DNA of 64,000 nt from Candidatus Omnitrophota bacterium (GTDB taxonomy: Bacteria > Omnitrophota > Gorgyraeia > Gygaellales > Profunditerraquicolaceae): positions 414,855-478,854 of the forward strand of contig JBAZJY010000002.1 of the NCBI GenBank assembly GCA_041651115.1, in the 5' to 3' direction. A program made the translations under genes and the position numbers. A model generated the notes under the pieces. It made no database searches. It was not told where the DNA came from and worked only from the letters and a program-made list of their open reading frames with translations. Below are positions 1 to 9,525 of this stretch, in pieces. Within the stretch, counting starts at the first letter, position 1. The number at the start of each line of letters is the position of its first letter.

Positions 1-1205
1 GCATCGGAGTGATCAGCGCGATAGACGAACAGCCGATCTGCGTGCATTCAAAATTCGGGCCGTTTGCGCTGGTGACTAACGGTTTCATTGAAAATGCCGA
101 TAAGCTGGCAGAGCAGCTCTATAAGGAAGGGCAATCGTTCAGCGAAGTAACCAACGGCAAAGTAAATCAAACCGAATTAGTAGCCAAATTAATTATTCGC
201 GGCAAGTCGTTCATTGAAGGTATTGAGGAAATGTTCCCGCTTATCGAAGGTTCTTGTTCACTTTTGTTATTGAGTAAAGACGGGATCTGCGCGGCAAGGG
301 ACAGGCTTGGCTATTCGCCTCTGATAATCGGGGAAAGATCAGGCGAATGGGCAGTAACTACAGAAAGCTCAGCTTTTCTTAACCTCGGGTTTAAGGTGGT
401 AAAAGATATCCAGCCGGGCGAGATCGTTTCATTAAACGAAGCAGGATTAAAGCCGCGCTGTAAGGGAAAAGGAAAGGCTGCTTGTCAAATTTGTTCTTTT
501 CTTTGGATCTATACCGGGTTTCCGGCTTCTTCATATGAAGGGATCAACGTAGAAATGGCAAGGGAAAGAAGCGGCTGTTGCCTTGCTAAAAACGACGATG
601 TTAAGGCAGACATGGTTTCCGGCATTCCTGATTCAGGCACTGCCCATGCCATCGGTTATGCAATGTGCTCGGATATCCCCTTGCGCCGGCCTTTAGTGAA
701 ATATACTCCCGGCTATGACCGCAGCTATACGCCGCCTTCGCAGGAAAAGCGCGACTTGATCGCGAAAATGAAATTGATCCCGGTGCCGGATATCATTAAC
801 GGCAAGCGGATCGTATTTTGCGACGATTCCATTGTCCGCGGCACGCAACTTAAAAATTATACTATTCAGAAGCTGCGCGATTGCGGGGCAAAAGAGATTC
901 ATTTACGGATCGCCTGCCCGCCGCTGATGTTCCCCTGTAAATTTAATTATTCCACGCGCAGCTTAAATGAGCTGGCAGCGCGTAAAGCAATCCGGGCGAT
1001 CGAGGGTAAGGACATTGATGATATCGGCGGGTACCTGAAAGAAGGATCAGCCCAATACAAAAAGATGGTAGAATGGATCTCTAGGGATATCGGTGTTACC
1101 ACCCTGAGATTCCAGAAACTAGCAGATATGATAAAATCTTTAGGCATGCAAAGAGAACAACTCTGCCTTTATTGCTGGACAGGCGAGGAAAAGAACGGAG
1201 CTTAA
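1..1205 (+). CDS. Amidophosphoribosyltransferase-like paralogue (divergent PurF-like; 5' end cut by the window edge)
   Basis: The frame of ORF 9..1205 stays open back to base 1. The C-terminal PRTase region (GIPDSGTAHAIGYA, CDDSIVRGTQ, EIHLRIACPPLMFPC, CLYCWTG) parallels the canonical PurF downstream, but the N-domain is divergent. Confidence 0.6.
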   Translation, partial: IGVISAIDEQPICVHSKFGPFALVTNGFIENADKLAEQLYKEGQSFSEVTNGKVNQTELVAKLIIRGKSFIEGIEEMFPLIEGSCSLLLLSKDGICAARDRLGYSPLIIGERSGEWAVTTESSAFLNLGFKVVKDIQPGEIVSLNEAGLKPRCKGKGKAACQICSFLWIYTGFPASSYEGINVEMARERSGCCLAKNDDVKADMVSGIPDSGTAHAIGYAMCSDIPLRRPLVKYTPGYDRSYTPPSQEKRDLIAKMKLIPVPDIINGKRIVFCDDSIVRGTQLKNYTIQKLRDCGAKEIHLRIACPPLMFPCKFNYSTRSLNELAARKAIRAIEGKDIDDIGGYLKEGSAQYKKMVEWISRDIGVTTLRFQKLADMIKSLGMQREQLCLYCWTGEEKNGA

Positions 1206-1206
1206 G

Positions 1207-2661
1207 ATGCGGGAAATAAATTTTAATGATGAGCCGAAAGAATATTGCGGGTTGTTCGGAGTTTACGGCTATAAACATGCCAGCTGGCTTACTTATCTCG
1301 GGCTTTACGCCCAACAGCACCGCGGCCAGGAAGCCTGCGGTATCGTCACCAATAATAAAGGTATTTTGACCATTCATAAAGAAATGGGCCTGGTCAGCGA
1401 CGTATTCAATGAGCATAATTTAAGCGCTTTAAAAGGCGATATGGCAGTCGGCCACGTGCGTTATTCTACGACCGGCTCAAGCGTCTTAAAGAATGCCCAG
1501 CCGCTGTTAATTGAATATGCTAAAGGTTCTGTCTGTATCGCCCATAACGGTAACCTTGTAAATTCTCTTGAGTTACGGCAGTACTTAGAAACCAACGGAT
1601 CCATATTTCAGACTACTACCGACTCGGAATTGATCATCCATTTAATGGCGCGGGCAAGATCTCGCGACCTGCAGGAAAGCCTGATCTATGCGCTGCGCAG
1701 GATCAAAGGCGCGTATTCGCTGGTAATGATGGATAATAATAATCTGATCGGAGTAAGGGACCCGTTGGGTTTCCGGCCTTTATCCCTCGGCAAGATCGGG
1801 AATGCCTGGTGCCTTGCTTCGGAAACCTGCGCTTTTGATTTGGTCGGCGCAAGGCTGATCCGCGAAGTTGAACCGGGAGAGATCGTTTTCATAAATAAAA
1901 ACGGCGTGCGTTCAGTGCATCCAAAGGAATTCAGTTTTAAGAACCGCCACGCCTTTTGCACGTTTGAGCACGTTTATTTTTCCCGGCCGGATTCGTCGGT
2001 ATTCGGGGAGAACGTGCATATGGTCAGGCGCAAATTAGGCGGCCAGCTTGCCAAGGAGCATCCTGTTGACGCTGATTTTGTCGTTCCTGTTCCGGATTCT
2101 GGATTTTCCGCGGCAATGGGGTATTCTACGGTTTCCGGCATACCGCTGGAAATGGGGATCATCCGTAACCACTACGTAGGCAGGACATTTATCCAGCCGG
2201 CACAGGATGCGCGCGAGCTGGGCGTCAGGGTTAAGTTTAACCTGCTTAAGGACGTAGTGCGGAAAAAACGCGTGGTGATCGTAGATGATTCCATTGTGCG
2301 CGGTACGACTTCCAAAATACGCGTAAGGAACCTGCGCCGCGCCGGGGTAAAGGAAGTGCATTTGCGTATTTCCTGCCCGCCACACAGGTTTCCCTGTTTT
2401 TATGGCATTGATTTCCATCGTTCTTCGGAATTGATCGCCAACCGTTATGAATCACTGGAAAAAATCCGCCAGTACCTGGGCGTAGATACTTTAGGATATT
2501 TGAGCCTGGAAGGCATGCTTAGCTGTTTAAAATGCCCGAAAAATAATTATTGCGCTGCCTGCTGGACGGGCAAATATCCGGTGAGAGCAGAAAAGAAGCA
2601 CAGTAAATTTTCGCTGGAACTGCGCTGCTGCGGCCAGGGGGAGATATACAAAAATGAGTAA
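1207..2661 (+). CDS. purF: Amidophosphoribosyltransferase
   Basis: 484 aa. N-terminal Cys nucleophile (MREINFNDEPKEYCGLFGVYG), HVRYSTTG and AHNGNLVN motifs, PRTase motif VVIVDDSIVRGTTS, and a C-terminal Cys cluster. Confidence 0.9.
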   Translation: MREINFNDEPKEYCGLFGVYGYKHASWLTYLGLYAQQHRGQEACGIVTNNKGILTIHKEMGLVSDVFNEHNLSALKGDMAVGHVRYSTTGSSVLKNAQPLLIEYAKGSVCIAHNGNLVNSLELRQYLETNGSIFQTTTDSELIIHLMARARSRDLQESLIYALRRIKGAYSLVMMDNNNLIGVRDPLGFRPLSLGKIGNAWCLASETCAFDLVGARLIREVEPGEIVFINKNGVRSVHPKEFSFKNRHAFCTFEHVYFSRPDSSVFGENVHMVRRKLGGQLAKEHPVDADFVVPVPDSGFSAAMGYSTVSGIPLEMGIIRNHYVGRTFIQPAQDARELGVRVKFNLLKDVVRKKRVVIVDDSIVRGTTSKIRVRNLRRAGVKEVHLRISCPPHRFPCFYGIDFHRSSELIANRYESLEKIRQYLGVDTLGYLSLEGMLSCLKCPKNNYCAACWTGKYPVRAEKKHSKFSLELRCCGQGEIYKNE

Positions 2662-3679
2662 ACTGACTTATAAAAAGGCAGGCGTGGATATCCATAAGAT
2701 GGATGCGTTTAAGGGCAATATCAAGTCCCTTGTGTGCAGGTCTTTCCGGAAAGAAGTTTTAAAAGACATCGGAGGCTTTGGAAGTTTTTTTGCCCTGGAT
2801 AAAAATAAATACCGCCATCCGGTGTTAGTTTCTTCGTCAGATGGGGTGGGGACAAAATTAAAGATTGCCGGGCTCGTTGGCTGCCACACCGGCGTGGGGA
2901 TTGACGCAGTGGCAATGAACGTAAATGATATTTTATGTACGGGCGCAGAGCCTTTGTTTTTTCTTGATTACATCGCATTCAGCAAGGTTGCGCCGAAAAT
3001 ACTTTTTGACGTGGTAAAAGGCATTAATGAAGGCTGTATCCGTTCAGGCTGTTCTTTGATCGGCGGGGAAACTGCCCAGATGCCGGGGATGTATGCCGAT
3101 GGTGAATATGACCTGGCGGGATTCTGCGTAGGGGTGGCAGAAAGGGATAAAATTATTGACGGCTCAAAGATCAAGGCCGGGGATATTGTGATTGGAATGG
3201 AATCAAGCGGCATACATTCCAATGGTTATTCTTTGGTAAGAAAAGTTTTATCTGCGCCTGAACAGAAGAAAATGGCCAAAGCTTTGCTTATGCCAACGAG
3301 GATCTATGTTAAGCCGGTGCTAAAGGTATTGGCTGTGGCAGGAAGCAAGATAACCGGCATTGCCCACATTACCGGCGGCGCGTTCTATGACAAGATCAGC
3401 CGGATCCTTCCTAAAAACATTAATGTAGAGATCAACAAAGGTTCCTGGCCTGTAGCGCAGGTATTCCGTTATATCCAGGATAAAGGCGGTATTAGCGATA
3501 AAGAGATGTACCACACCTTTAATATGGGCGTGGGTATGGTTTTGATCGTCAGGCCCGGAGCGGAAAAAAAGGTCATTGGCCGGCTCAAGGCATCCGGTTT
3601 AAAATCGTGGGTCATCGGTAAGGCGGTAAAAGGAAAAAAAGCAGTAATCGTAGGAGGTGGGCATGAATACAGCGTATAG
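2654..3679 (+). CDS. purM: Phosphoribosylformylglycinamidine cyclo-ligase (AIR synthetase)
   Basis: 341 aa with the AIRS N- and C-domain pattern (GGFGSFF, DGVGTKL, GGETAQMPGMY). Its start overlaps the purF stop. Confidence 0.9.
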   Translation: MSKLTYKKAGVDIHKMDAFKGNIKSLVCRSFRKEVLKDIGGFGSFFALDKNKYRHPVLVSSSDGVGTKLKIAGLVGCHTGVGIDAVAMNVNDILCTGAEPLFFLDYIAFSKVAPKILFDVVKGINEGCIRSGCSLIGGETAQMPGMYADGEYDLAGFCVGVAERDKIIDGSKIKAGDIVIGMESSGIHSNGYSLVRKVLSAPEQKKMAKALLMPTRIYVKPVLKVLAVAGSKITGIAHITGGAFYDKISRILPKNINVEINKGSWPVAQVFRYIQDKGGISDKEMYHTFNMGVGMVLIVRPGAEKKVIGRLKASGLKSWVIGKAVKGKKAVIVGGGHEYSV

Positions 3680-4532
3680 TTTTATTTTATTGGCAGTGGT
3701 AATTTTTATCATGGGTATCAGGATTGTCCGGCCTACGCACCGCGGCCTGATTGAGAGATTGGGTAAATATAACCGTTTTGCCGCTCGGGGCTTTAACTGG
3801 ATAATCCCGATTGTAGATAAAATGTATCTGGTGAATATTACCGAGCAAATGGTTGATGCCGAACCGCAGGAGATCATTACTTTTGATAATCTCAATGCCA
3901 AGGTTGACGCGCAGGTCTATTTCAAAGTAAAGGACGACGAGGAAAGCGTAAAAAGCTCGCAATATAATGTTTATAGCTACCAATATCAGATTGTTAACCT
4001 GGCGCGTACAACTCTTAGGAATATTATCGGCACGCTTACCCTTAAATCCGCAAACAGCGAGCGCGGCAAGATTAATGACGAGCTGCATAAGACATTGATG
4101 GATGAAACTGCGCATTGGGGCATTGATATTGTCAGGACAGAGCTGAAAGAAATTGACCCGCCCAAAGACGTACAGGAAACAATGAATAAAGTTGTAAAGG
4201 CGGAAAACGAAAAAGTCGCGGCTGTAGATTTTGCCACTGCTGCGGAAACTGTTGCTGACGGCGAGCGCCGGGCGCAGATCAAGAAGGCTGAAGGCATCAA
4301 GCAGTCAAAGATATTGGCTGCCGAAGGCGAGGCAGAGGCGATCAAGCTGGTGAATGAGGCAGCGGAAAGATATTTTGTCGGCAATGCCCAGGTGCTGCGT
4401 AAGCTTGAGGCAGTGGAAAAGTCGCTTGAGACTAACGCCAAGATCGTTATCCCGGCAAATACCGAACTGGTGAATGTGATCGGTGAAATGGCCGGTATAC
4501 TACCCTTAAAGAAAGAAACGAAAGAAAAGTAA
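3663..4532 (+). CDS. SPFH/Band-7 (stomatin/prohibitin-like) membrane protein
   Basis: AGGAGG lies 5 nt upstream of the ATG at 3663. An N-terminal TM helix is followed by an SPFH-domain pattern (IVRPTHRGLIERLGKY, ITFDNLNAKVDAQVYFKV) and a C-terminal coiled coil. Confidence 0.8.
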   Translation: MNTAYSFILLAVVIFIMGIRIVRPTHRGLIERLGKYNRFAARGFNWIIPIVDKMYLVNITEQMVDAEPQEIITFDNLNAKVDAQVYFKVKDDEESVKSSQYNVYSYQYQIVNLARTTLRNIIGTLTLKSANSERGKINDELHKTLMDETAHWGIDIVRTELKEIDPPKDVQETMNKVVKAENEKVAAVDFATAAETVADGERRAQIKKAEGIKQSKILAAEGEAEAIKLVNEAAERYFVGNAQVLRKLEAVEKSLETNAKIVIPANTELVNVIGEMAGILPLKKETKEK

Positions 4533-4542
4533 GTCGTTCTTT

Positions 4543-4765
4543 TACAATTTTGTGTCTACCTTGTCTTGTTTCTCGCAGGGACGCTCGCCCCGCCCAGCGT
4601 GCGGGGCTTCGTCCTACGCTATCGCGTAGGACTACGCACTACCTGTATAAGAGGAGCTTCGCTCGGGAGTCGGCTTTCGCTCTGCCCTAACGTAAGTGAG
4701 GGCAACCTTGCCCGCTCAAGCCTCCTACGCCCTGCTCAAAACAAGACAAGTTATCCACAAAATTG
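4543..4765. repeat. Family-C structured repeat, copy 1 (about 223 nt; imperfect terminal inverted repeats of about 38 bp, caattttgtg...cttgtcttgttt / aaacaagacaag...cacaaaattg)
   Basis: A near-identical core (ctcgcagggacgctcgccccgcccagcgtgcggggcttcg...ctcgggagtcggctttcgctctgccct...gcccgctcaagcctcctacgccctgctcaaaaca) recurs at 35417..35590. This copy carries an extra 46-nt hairpin insert (tcctacgctatcgcgtaggact...). It is intergenic between the SPFH gene and purD. Confidence 0.8.
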
Positions 4766-4805
4766 ATAACGGAATTAATGTTATATCTGTAAGTTAAGAT
4801 TTTAA

Positions 4806-4975
4806 GGTTTTTGTTCGCAGGCGCATTGCAAATTTTTGCCAGCTTCGTTCACAGATTAGTCGGCAAGGTTTTACGGCGAGCGGAAGCTCTAATGTTACGA
4901 AAGTATGCCTGAGAGCGAGCCGTAAACCGTAGCCGACGGCAAAATGTTTGCAGCGCCGAGAACAAAACCTTAAAA
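4806..4975 (+). promoter_or_regulatory. Long imperfect palindromic 5' leader upstream of purD-purE (candidate attenuator, riboswitch or structured UTR)
   Basis: ggtttttgttcgcaggcgc...gcagcgccgagaacaaaacc pair as outer arms. Inner arms are gtcggcaaggttttacggcgagcgg / gagcgagccgtaaaccgtagccgac. It ends about 18 nt before the purD ATG. Confidence 0.4.
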
Positions 4976-4992
4976 TATAAGGATTAAATATA

Positions 4993-6270
4993 ATGCGTAT
5001 ATTAATTGTCGGTTCTGGCGGCAGGGAGCATGCGCTGGTCTGGAAGATCGCGCAGTCAAAGCTTTGTGATAAGATATTCTGCGCGCCCGGCAATGGCGGC
5101 ATTTCTCAATTAGCAGAGTGCGTTGAGATTAAAGCCGATGATGTTGCCGGCCTGCTTGAATTTGCCCGCCGGGAAAAGATAGATTTTACGATTGTCGGCC
5201 CGGAAGTGGCGCTTGCCGCCGGCATTGTTGATGAATTCCGGAAACATAAGCTAAAGATATTCGGGCCGGAGAAAAAGGCTGCGCAGCTTGAAGCAAGCAA
5301 GATCTTTGCCAAGGAATTAATGGCAAAATACGGCGTGCCTACGGCAACATTCCGGATATTCGACGACGCAGCAGAAGCAAAAGAATATATAGAAAATAAC
5401 GGCGTTCCATGCGTAGTTAAGGCAGACGGCCTTGCCGCGGGTAAAGGCGTGGTTGTAGCAAAGACCATAGATGAAGCAAAGCAAGCGGTTGACGCAATGA
5501 TGCGCGATAAGATTTTCGGCGAGGCAGGCAGCCGCGTGATCATTGAAGAATGCCTGGAAGGCCAGGAAGCATCTATTTTAGTTCTAACTGATTCAAAAGA
5601 AGTTATCCCGCTTGCTTCAAGCCAGGACCATAAAAGGATATTTGATAATGATGCCGGGCCGAACACGGGCGGCATGGGCGCTTATTCTCCGGCACCGGTG
5701 GTTACTCCGGAATTATTCAAGGAGATCCTGAATAAAATAATTTATCGTACAATTAATGGCCTGGCTGACGAGGGCATAGATTATCGTGGTGTATTATATG
5801 CGGGAGTAATGCTTACTAATCACGGGCCGCAGGCCCTTGAATTTAATGTGCGTTTCGGCGACCCGGAAACCGAAGCGATCCTGCCGCGGGTCAAATCGGA
5901 TTTGCTGGAAGTTATGCTTGCGGCAAGCGAAGGCAAATTGAATAAGGTTGTAAAAAACGGCGGATTGATCTGGGATGAACGGCCGTGCGTTTGCGTGGTC
6001 TGCGCTTCCAAGGGCTATCCGGGAGATTATGAAAAAGGCAAAGTGATTACCGGGCTTGATGCAGCAGCCAAAATGGATAATATCGTCGTATTTCATGCGG
6101 GGACTAAAAAGGCAGCGGATGAATATTTTACAAATGGAGGAAGGGTTTTGGGGGTTACGGGCCTGGGTAAAACGATAAAAGAAGCAATCAGCCATACTTA
6201 CAAGGCAGTTGAGAAAATAAGTTTTGAGGGAATGCAGTATCGTAAGGACATCGGCAGGAGGGCATTATGA
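4993..6270 (+). CDS. purD: Phosphoribosylamine--glycine ligase
   Basis: 425 aa with the canonical PurD N-terminus MRILIVGSGGREHALVWK and an ATP-grasp core. Confidence 0.92.
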   Translation: MRILIVGSGGREHALVWKIAQSKLCDKIFCAPGNGGISQLAECVEIKADDVAGLLEFARREKIDFTIVGPEVALAAGIVDEFRKHKLKIFGPEKKAAQLEASKIFAKELMAKYGVPTATFRIFDDAAEAKEYIENNGVPCVVKADGLAAGKGVVVAKTIDEAKQAVDAMMRDKIFGEAGSRVIIEECLEGQEASILVLTDSKEVIPLASSQDHKRIFDNDAGPNTGGMGAYSPAPVVTPELFKEILNKIIYRTINGLADEGIDYRGVLYAGVMLTNHGPQALEFNVRFGDPETEAILPRVKSDLLEVMLAASEGKLNKVVKNGGLIWDERPCVCVVCASKGYPGDYEKGKVITGLDAAAKMDNIVVFHAGTKKAADEYFTNGGRVLGVTGLGKTIKEAISHTYKAVEKISFEGMQYRKDIGRRAL

Positions 6271-6752
6271 GCAAGCCAATCAGTATAATCATGGGCAGCA
6301 ATTCTGACTTGGAAACCGTGAATGAAGCGGTCAGCGTACTGAAAGAATTCCGTGTTGGTTTTGAGGTTAAGGTTTTATCCGCGCACCGCACACCCAAGGA
6401 CCTGGAAAAGTATGTAGAAGCTGCGCCTAAAAAAGGCGTAAAGGTTTTTATTGCCGCAGCAGGCGGAGCAGCTGCGCTTGCCGGAGTAATTGCCGCGCAT
6501 ACAACGCTTCCGGTGATCGGCATTCCCATTGAAACCAAAAGTTTGAATGGGATAGATTCGCTTTTATCCACCGTGCAAATGCCTGCCGGCATACCGGTTG
6601 CTTCTATGGCCATCGGCAAAGCCGGAGCAAAGAATGCCGCGCTTTTTGCATTAGAAATATTGGGCACAGCCGATAAAAAGATCGCCGGTAAGCTGGCAGC
6701 TTATAAAAGAACAATGCGGCAAAAGATTCTCTCGGTAAGAATCAAAATTTAG
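6267..6752 (+). CDS. purE: N5-carboxyaminoimidazole ribonucleotide mutase
   Basis: 161 aa with the PurE pattern (IIMGSNSDLETV, HRTPK). It overlaps purD by 4 bp. Confidence 0.9.
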   Translation: MSKPISIIMGSNSDLETVNEAVSVLKEFRVGFEVKVLSAHRTPKDLEKYVEAAPKKGVKVFIAAAGGAAALAGVIAAHTTLPVIGIPIETKSLNGIDSLLSTVQMPAGIPVASMAIGKAGAKNAALFALEILGTADKKIAGKLAAYKRTMRQKILSVRIKI

Positions 6753-6758
6753 AAAATT

Positions 6759-7820
6759 ATGCCTTCGACAAAAATAATCAAAGTTGATCCGGCGCACGCG
6801 GATGAAGATGTGATTAAGCAGGCAGCAGCCCTCCTGCAGCGTGGCGGCTTGGTGATCATCCCTACGGAAACGGTTTACGGGGTCGCCGCAAACATATCAA
6901 ACGCCAAGGCACTAAAAAGGCTTAGTAAAATAAAGCAGCGGCCTAAAGATAAGCCGTTTTCGCTGGTTGTAGGCAGAAAAGAGGCGATTGAGGAATACGC
7001 GGCAAACATACCGCCTTGCGCTTATAAGCTTATTGATAAATTCTGGCCCGGGCCATTGACTATCGTATTAAAATCAAAAAGCAACGGCACCGTAGGCCTG
7101 CGCATGCCCGACAGCGATATCGCGCGCAGGATCATTATGGAGGCAGGTGTGCCTTTGGCATGCCCGTCGGCAAACCTTTCCGGAAAACCCGCGCCTGCCG
7201 GATTTCAGGAAGCGGTCAAGGACTTAAACGGCCTGGTGGATATGGCGATCGACACGGGTGCCGCCAGGGTCGGGGTTGAGTCATCGGTGATTGACCTGAC
7301 GCTGGAACCGCCGGTAATATTAAGGGAAGGCGCGATAAAGAAAGACGCGATCTTGGAAGAGGCGGGAAAGAAGACCGTATTATTTGTCTGCACAGGTAAT
7401 TCCTGCCGTTCGGTCATGGCCCAGGCCTTGCTTAAGAAAAAACTGGAGGCCAGCGGCCGCAGGAACGTGGAGGTGATATCTGCGGGGATCACCATGTTCG
7501 CGGGTATGGGAGCGACAGAAGCGACAAGGGCAGTTTTAAGCGCTGAGGGAATAGATGTTTCCAGCCACCGCTCGCAAGTGGTAACCCCGTTAATGATCAG
7601 GAAATCCGACCTTATCCTCGTGATGGAGGCTTTGCATGAAGATAAAATACTGGAAATCGCCCCAGAGGCAAAAAATAGGGTGTTTTTATTAAAAGAATTT
7701 GCTAAAATAGACGATAGCGATTTAAATATTAGCGATCCCATCGGCGGTTCGCTGGAATTCTACCGCCAGACTTTTTTTGTGATAAAACAGGCAGTGGAAA
7801 GGATAATTGATATCATATGA
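6759..7820 (+). CDS. YrdC/TsaC-family threonylcarbamoyl-AMP synthase domain fused to a low-molecular-weight protein (Tyr/Arg) phosphatase domain
   Basis: N-terminal YrdC motifs (IIPTETVYGVAAN, KQRPKDKPFSLVV). The C-terminal half has the LMW-PTP P-loop VLFVCTGNSCRS and DP motif. The gene sits in ywlC-ywlE-rpiB-glyA-like synteny. Confidence 0.8.
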   Translation: MPSTKIIKVDPAHADEDVIKQAAALLQRGGLVIIPTETVYGVAANISNAKALKRLSKIKQRPKDKPFSLVVGRKEAIEEYAANIPPCAYKLIDKFWPGPLTIVLKSKSNGTVGLRMPDSDIARRIIMEAGVPLACPSANLSGKPAPAGFQEAVKDLNGLVDMAIDTGAARVGVESSVIDLTLEPPVILREGAIKKDAILEEAGKKTVLFVCTGNSCRSVMAQALLKKKLEASGRRNVEVISAGITMFAGMGATEATRAVLSAEGIDVSSHRSQVVTPLMIRKSDLILVMEALHEDKILEIAPEAKNRVFLLKEFAKIDDSDLNISDPIGGSLEFYRQTFFVIKQAVERIIDII

Positions 7821-8278
7821 AAGCCATACTCATCGGTTCTGACCACGCGGGATTTGCCTTAAAAGAACAGCTAAAGGCCCACTTATTAAAAAAGGGTTTT
7901 CAGGTAAATGACTTAGGCACGCATTCCGACGAGCGCTGCGATTATCCGGCTTTTGCCTACGGCGTGGCAAAGGGCATTTCCCGTCAAAAATACAGCCGCG
8001 GCGTGCTGATCTGCAAAACCGGCATTGGCAACTCTATCGTGGCTAACCGGCTTCCCGGGGTGCGCGCTTCACTATGTTACAACGTGGAAGCGGCCCGGCT
8101 TACGCGCGAACATAATGACAGTAATGTCCTGGTGCTTGGATCGGGGTTTGTGACGCAGAACCAGGCGAAAAGGATTTTGGACGTATGGCTGAATACGGAA
8201 TTTCTGGCCGGCAGGCACAAGAGGCGGCTTAACCAGATAAAAGAGATTGAGAAGAAGATAGGGGCAAAGGCACGATGA
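7817..8278 (+). CDS. rpiB: Ribose-5-phosphate isomerase B
   Basis: 153 aa, [19 protein letters not shown], RpiB/LacA/LacB family pattern. Confidence 0.88.
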   Translation: MKAILIGSDHAGFALKEQLKAHLLKKGFQVNDLGTHSDERCDYPAFAYGVAKGISRQKYSRGVLICKTGIGNSIVANRLPGVRASLCYNVEAARLTREHNDSNVLVLGSGFVTQNQAKRILDVWLNTEFLAGRHKRRLNQIKEIEKKIGAKAR

Positions 8279-9525
8279 AGCACATTAAAATTGTTGATCC
8301 GCAGATCTACCGGGCGATAAAAAACGAGATAAAGCGGCAGGAAGAGAATTTAGAGCTGATCGCCTCGGAAAATTTTACTTCTTTGGCAGTGCTTGAGGCG
8401 CAGGGCAGCGTCCTGACCAATAAATACGCTGAAGGTTATCCCGGAGCGCGCTGGTATGGCGGATGCGTCAATGTGGACGCGGTAGAGACGCTGGCGATCG
8501 AGCGGGCAAAAAAGCTTTTCAACGCGGAGCACGCCAATGTCCAGGCGCATTCCGGCACGCAGGCGAATATGGCGGTTTATTTTGCCTGCCTTGAATTAGG
8601 CGATACGGTGCTGGCGCTTGACCTTGCCTGCGGCGGCCACCTTTCTCACGGCCTGGCGCATAATTTTTCCGGTAAATTCTATAAGATCGTTACCTACGGG
8701 CTCAACCATAAAACCGAAATGCTGGATTACGATAATATTGCCTATCTTGCCAAGCAGCATAAACCGAAAATGATCCTTGCCGGAGCTTCCGCCTATCCCC
8801 GGATAATAGATTTTAAAAAATTCCGCGAGATTGCAGACTCCGTAGGCGCTTATTTATTCGTGGATATGGCGCACATTGCCGGCCTTGTGGCGGCGGGAGT
8901 GCATCCGTCGCCTGTCCCCTATGCTGATTTTGTCAGTTCAACCACGCATAAAACATTGCGTGGCCCGCGCGGCGGGTTTGTGCTCTGCAAAAAAGAATTC
9001 GCTAAGAAACTGGACAGCCGTATTTTTCCCGGCATCCAGGGTGGACCGCTGGAGCATGTGATCGCCGCAAAAGCCATAGCTTTTAAAGAAGCAATGGCCC
9101 CCAAGTTTCGCATTTACCAGCAGCAGATCGTGAAAAATTCCGTAGCGTTGGCAAAGGCAATGACCGAAAACAAATTCCGCATCGTTTCCGGCGGCACAGA
9201 CACGCATTTGATGCTGGTAGACCTTACCTTAAAGGGCATTACCGGCGCAGAAGCGTCAGGGCTTTTGGAAGAGGTTAATATTACTGCCAATAAGAACCTG
9301 ATCCCGTTTGATAAGGAAACCCCTGCCAGGACCAGCGGCATACGTTTAGGCACTGCTGCCGTGACCACGCGGGGAATGAAAGAGCCGCAGATGCGCCTGA
9401 TCGCGCAATTCATCCATGAAGCAATAGATGCCAGAGGCGACTATAAAAAGATGAAGGCGATTAAAAGCAAGGTTTTGGCATTGGCAAAAAAATTTCTGCT
9501 ATATCCTGAATTAAGGAACGCCTAA
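8275..9525 (+). CDS. glyA: Serine hydroxymethyltransferase
   Basis: 416 aa with the SHMT PLP-site pattern ([14 protein letters not shown]). Confidence 0.93.
   Translation: MKHIKIVDPQIYRAIKNEIKRQEENLELIASENFTSLAVLEAQGSVLTNKYAEGYPGARWYGGCVNVDAVETLAIERAKKLFNAEHANVQAHSGTQANMAVYFACLELGDTVLALDLACGGHLSHGLAHNFSGKFYKIVTYGLNHKTEMLDYDNIAYLAKQHKPKMILAGASAYPRIIDFKKFREIADSVGAYLFVDMAHIAGLVAAGVHPSPVPYADFVSSTTHKTLRGPRGGFVLCKKEFAKKLDSRIFPGIQGGPLEHVIAAKAIAFKEAMAPKFRIYQQQIVKNSVALAKAMTENKFRIVSGGTDTHLMLVDLTLKGITGAEASGLLEEVNITANKNLIPFDKETPARTSGIRLGTAAVTTRGMKEPQMRLIAQFIHEAIDARGDYKKMKAIKSKVLALAKKFLLYPELRNA

Noticed and set aside
4566-4766. Plus-strand ORFs of 66 aa (4566..4766) and 62-71 aa (35409..35637) with similar peptides (LRPAQNKT...)
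   Set aside because: They are translations of the GC-rich family-C repeat, not genes. They have no RBS, and their similarity reflects nucleotide repetition.
4806-4975. Naming the purD leader as a purine or ZTP riboswitch
   Set aside because: I could not find the conserved purine-aptamer or pfl consensus cores by eye, so it is reported only as an unclassified structured leader.
4794-5102. 102-aa minus-strand ORF spanning the purD leader and purD start
   Set aside because: It overlaps the palindromic leader and the purD N-terminus and has no homology, so it is more likely non-coding.
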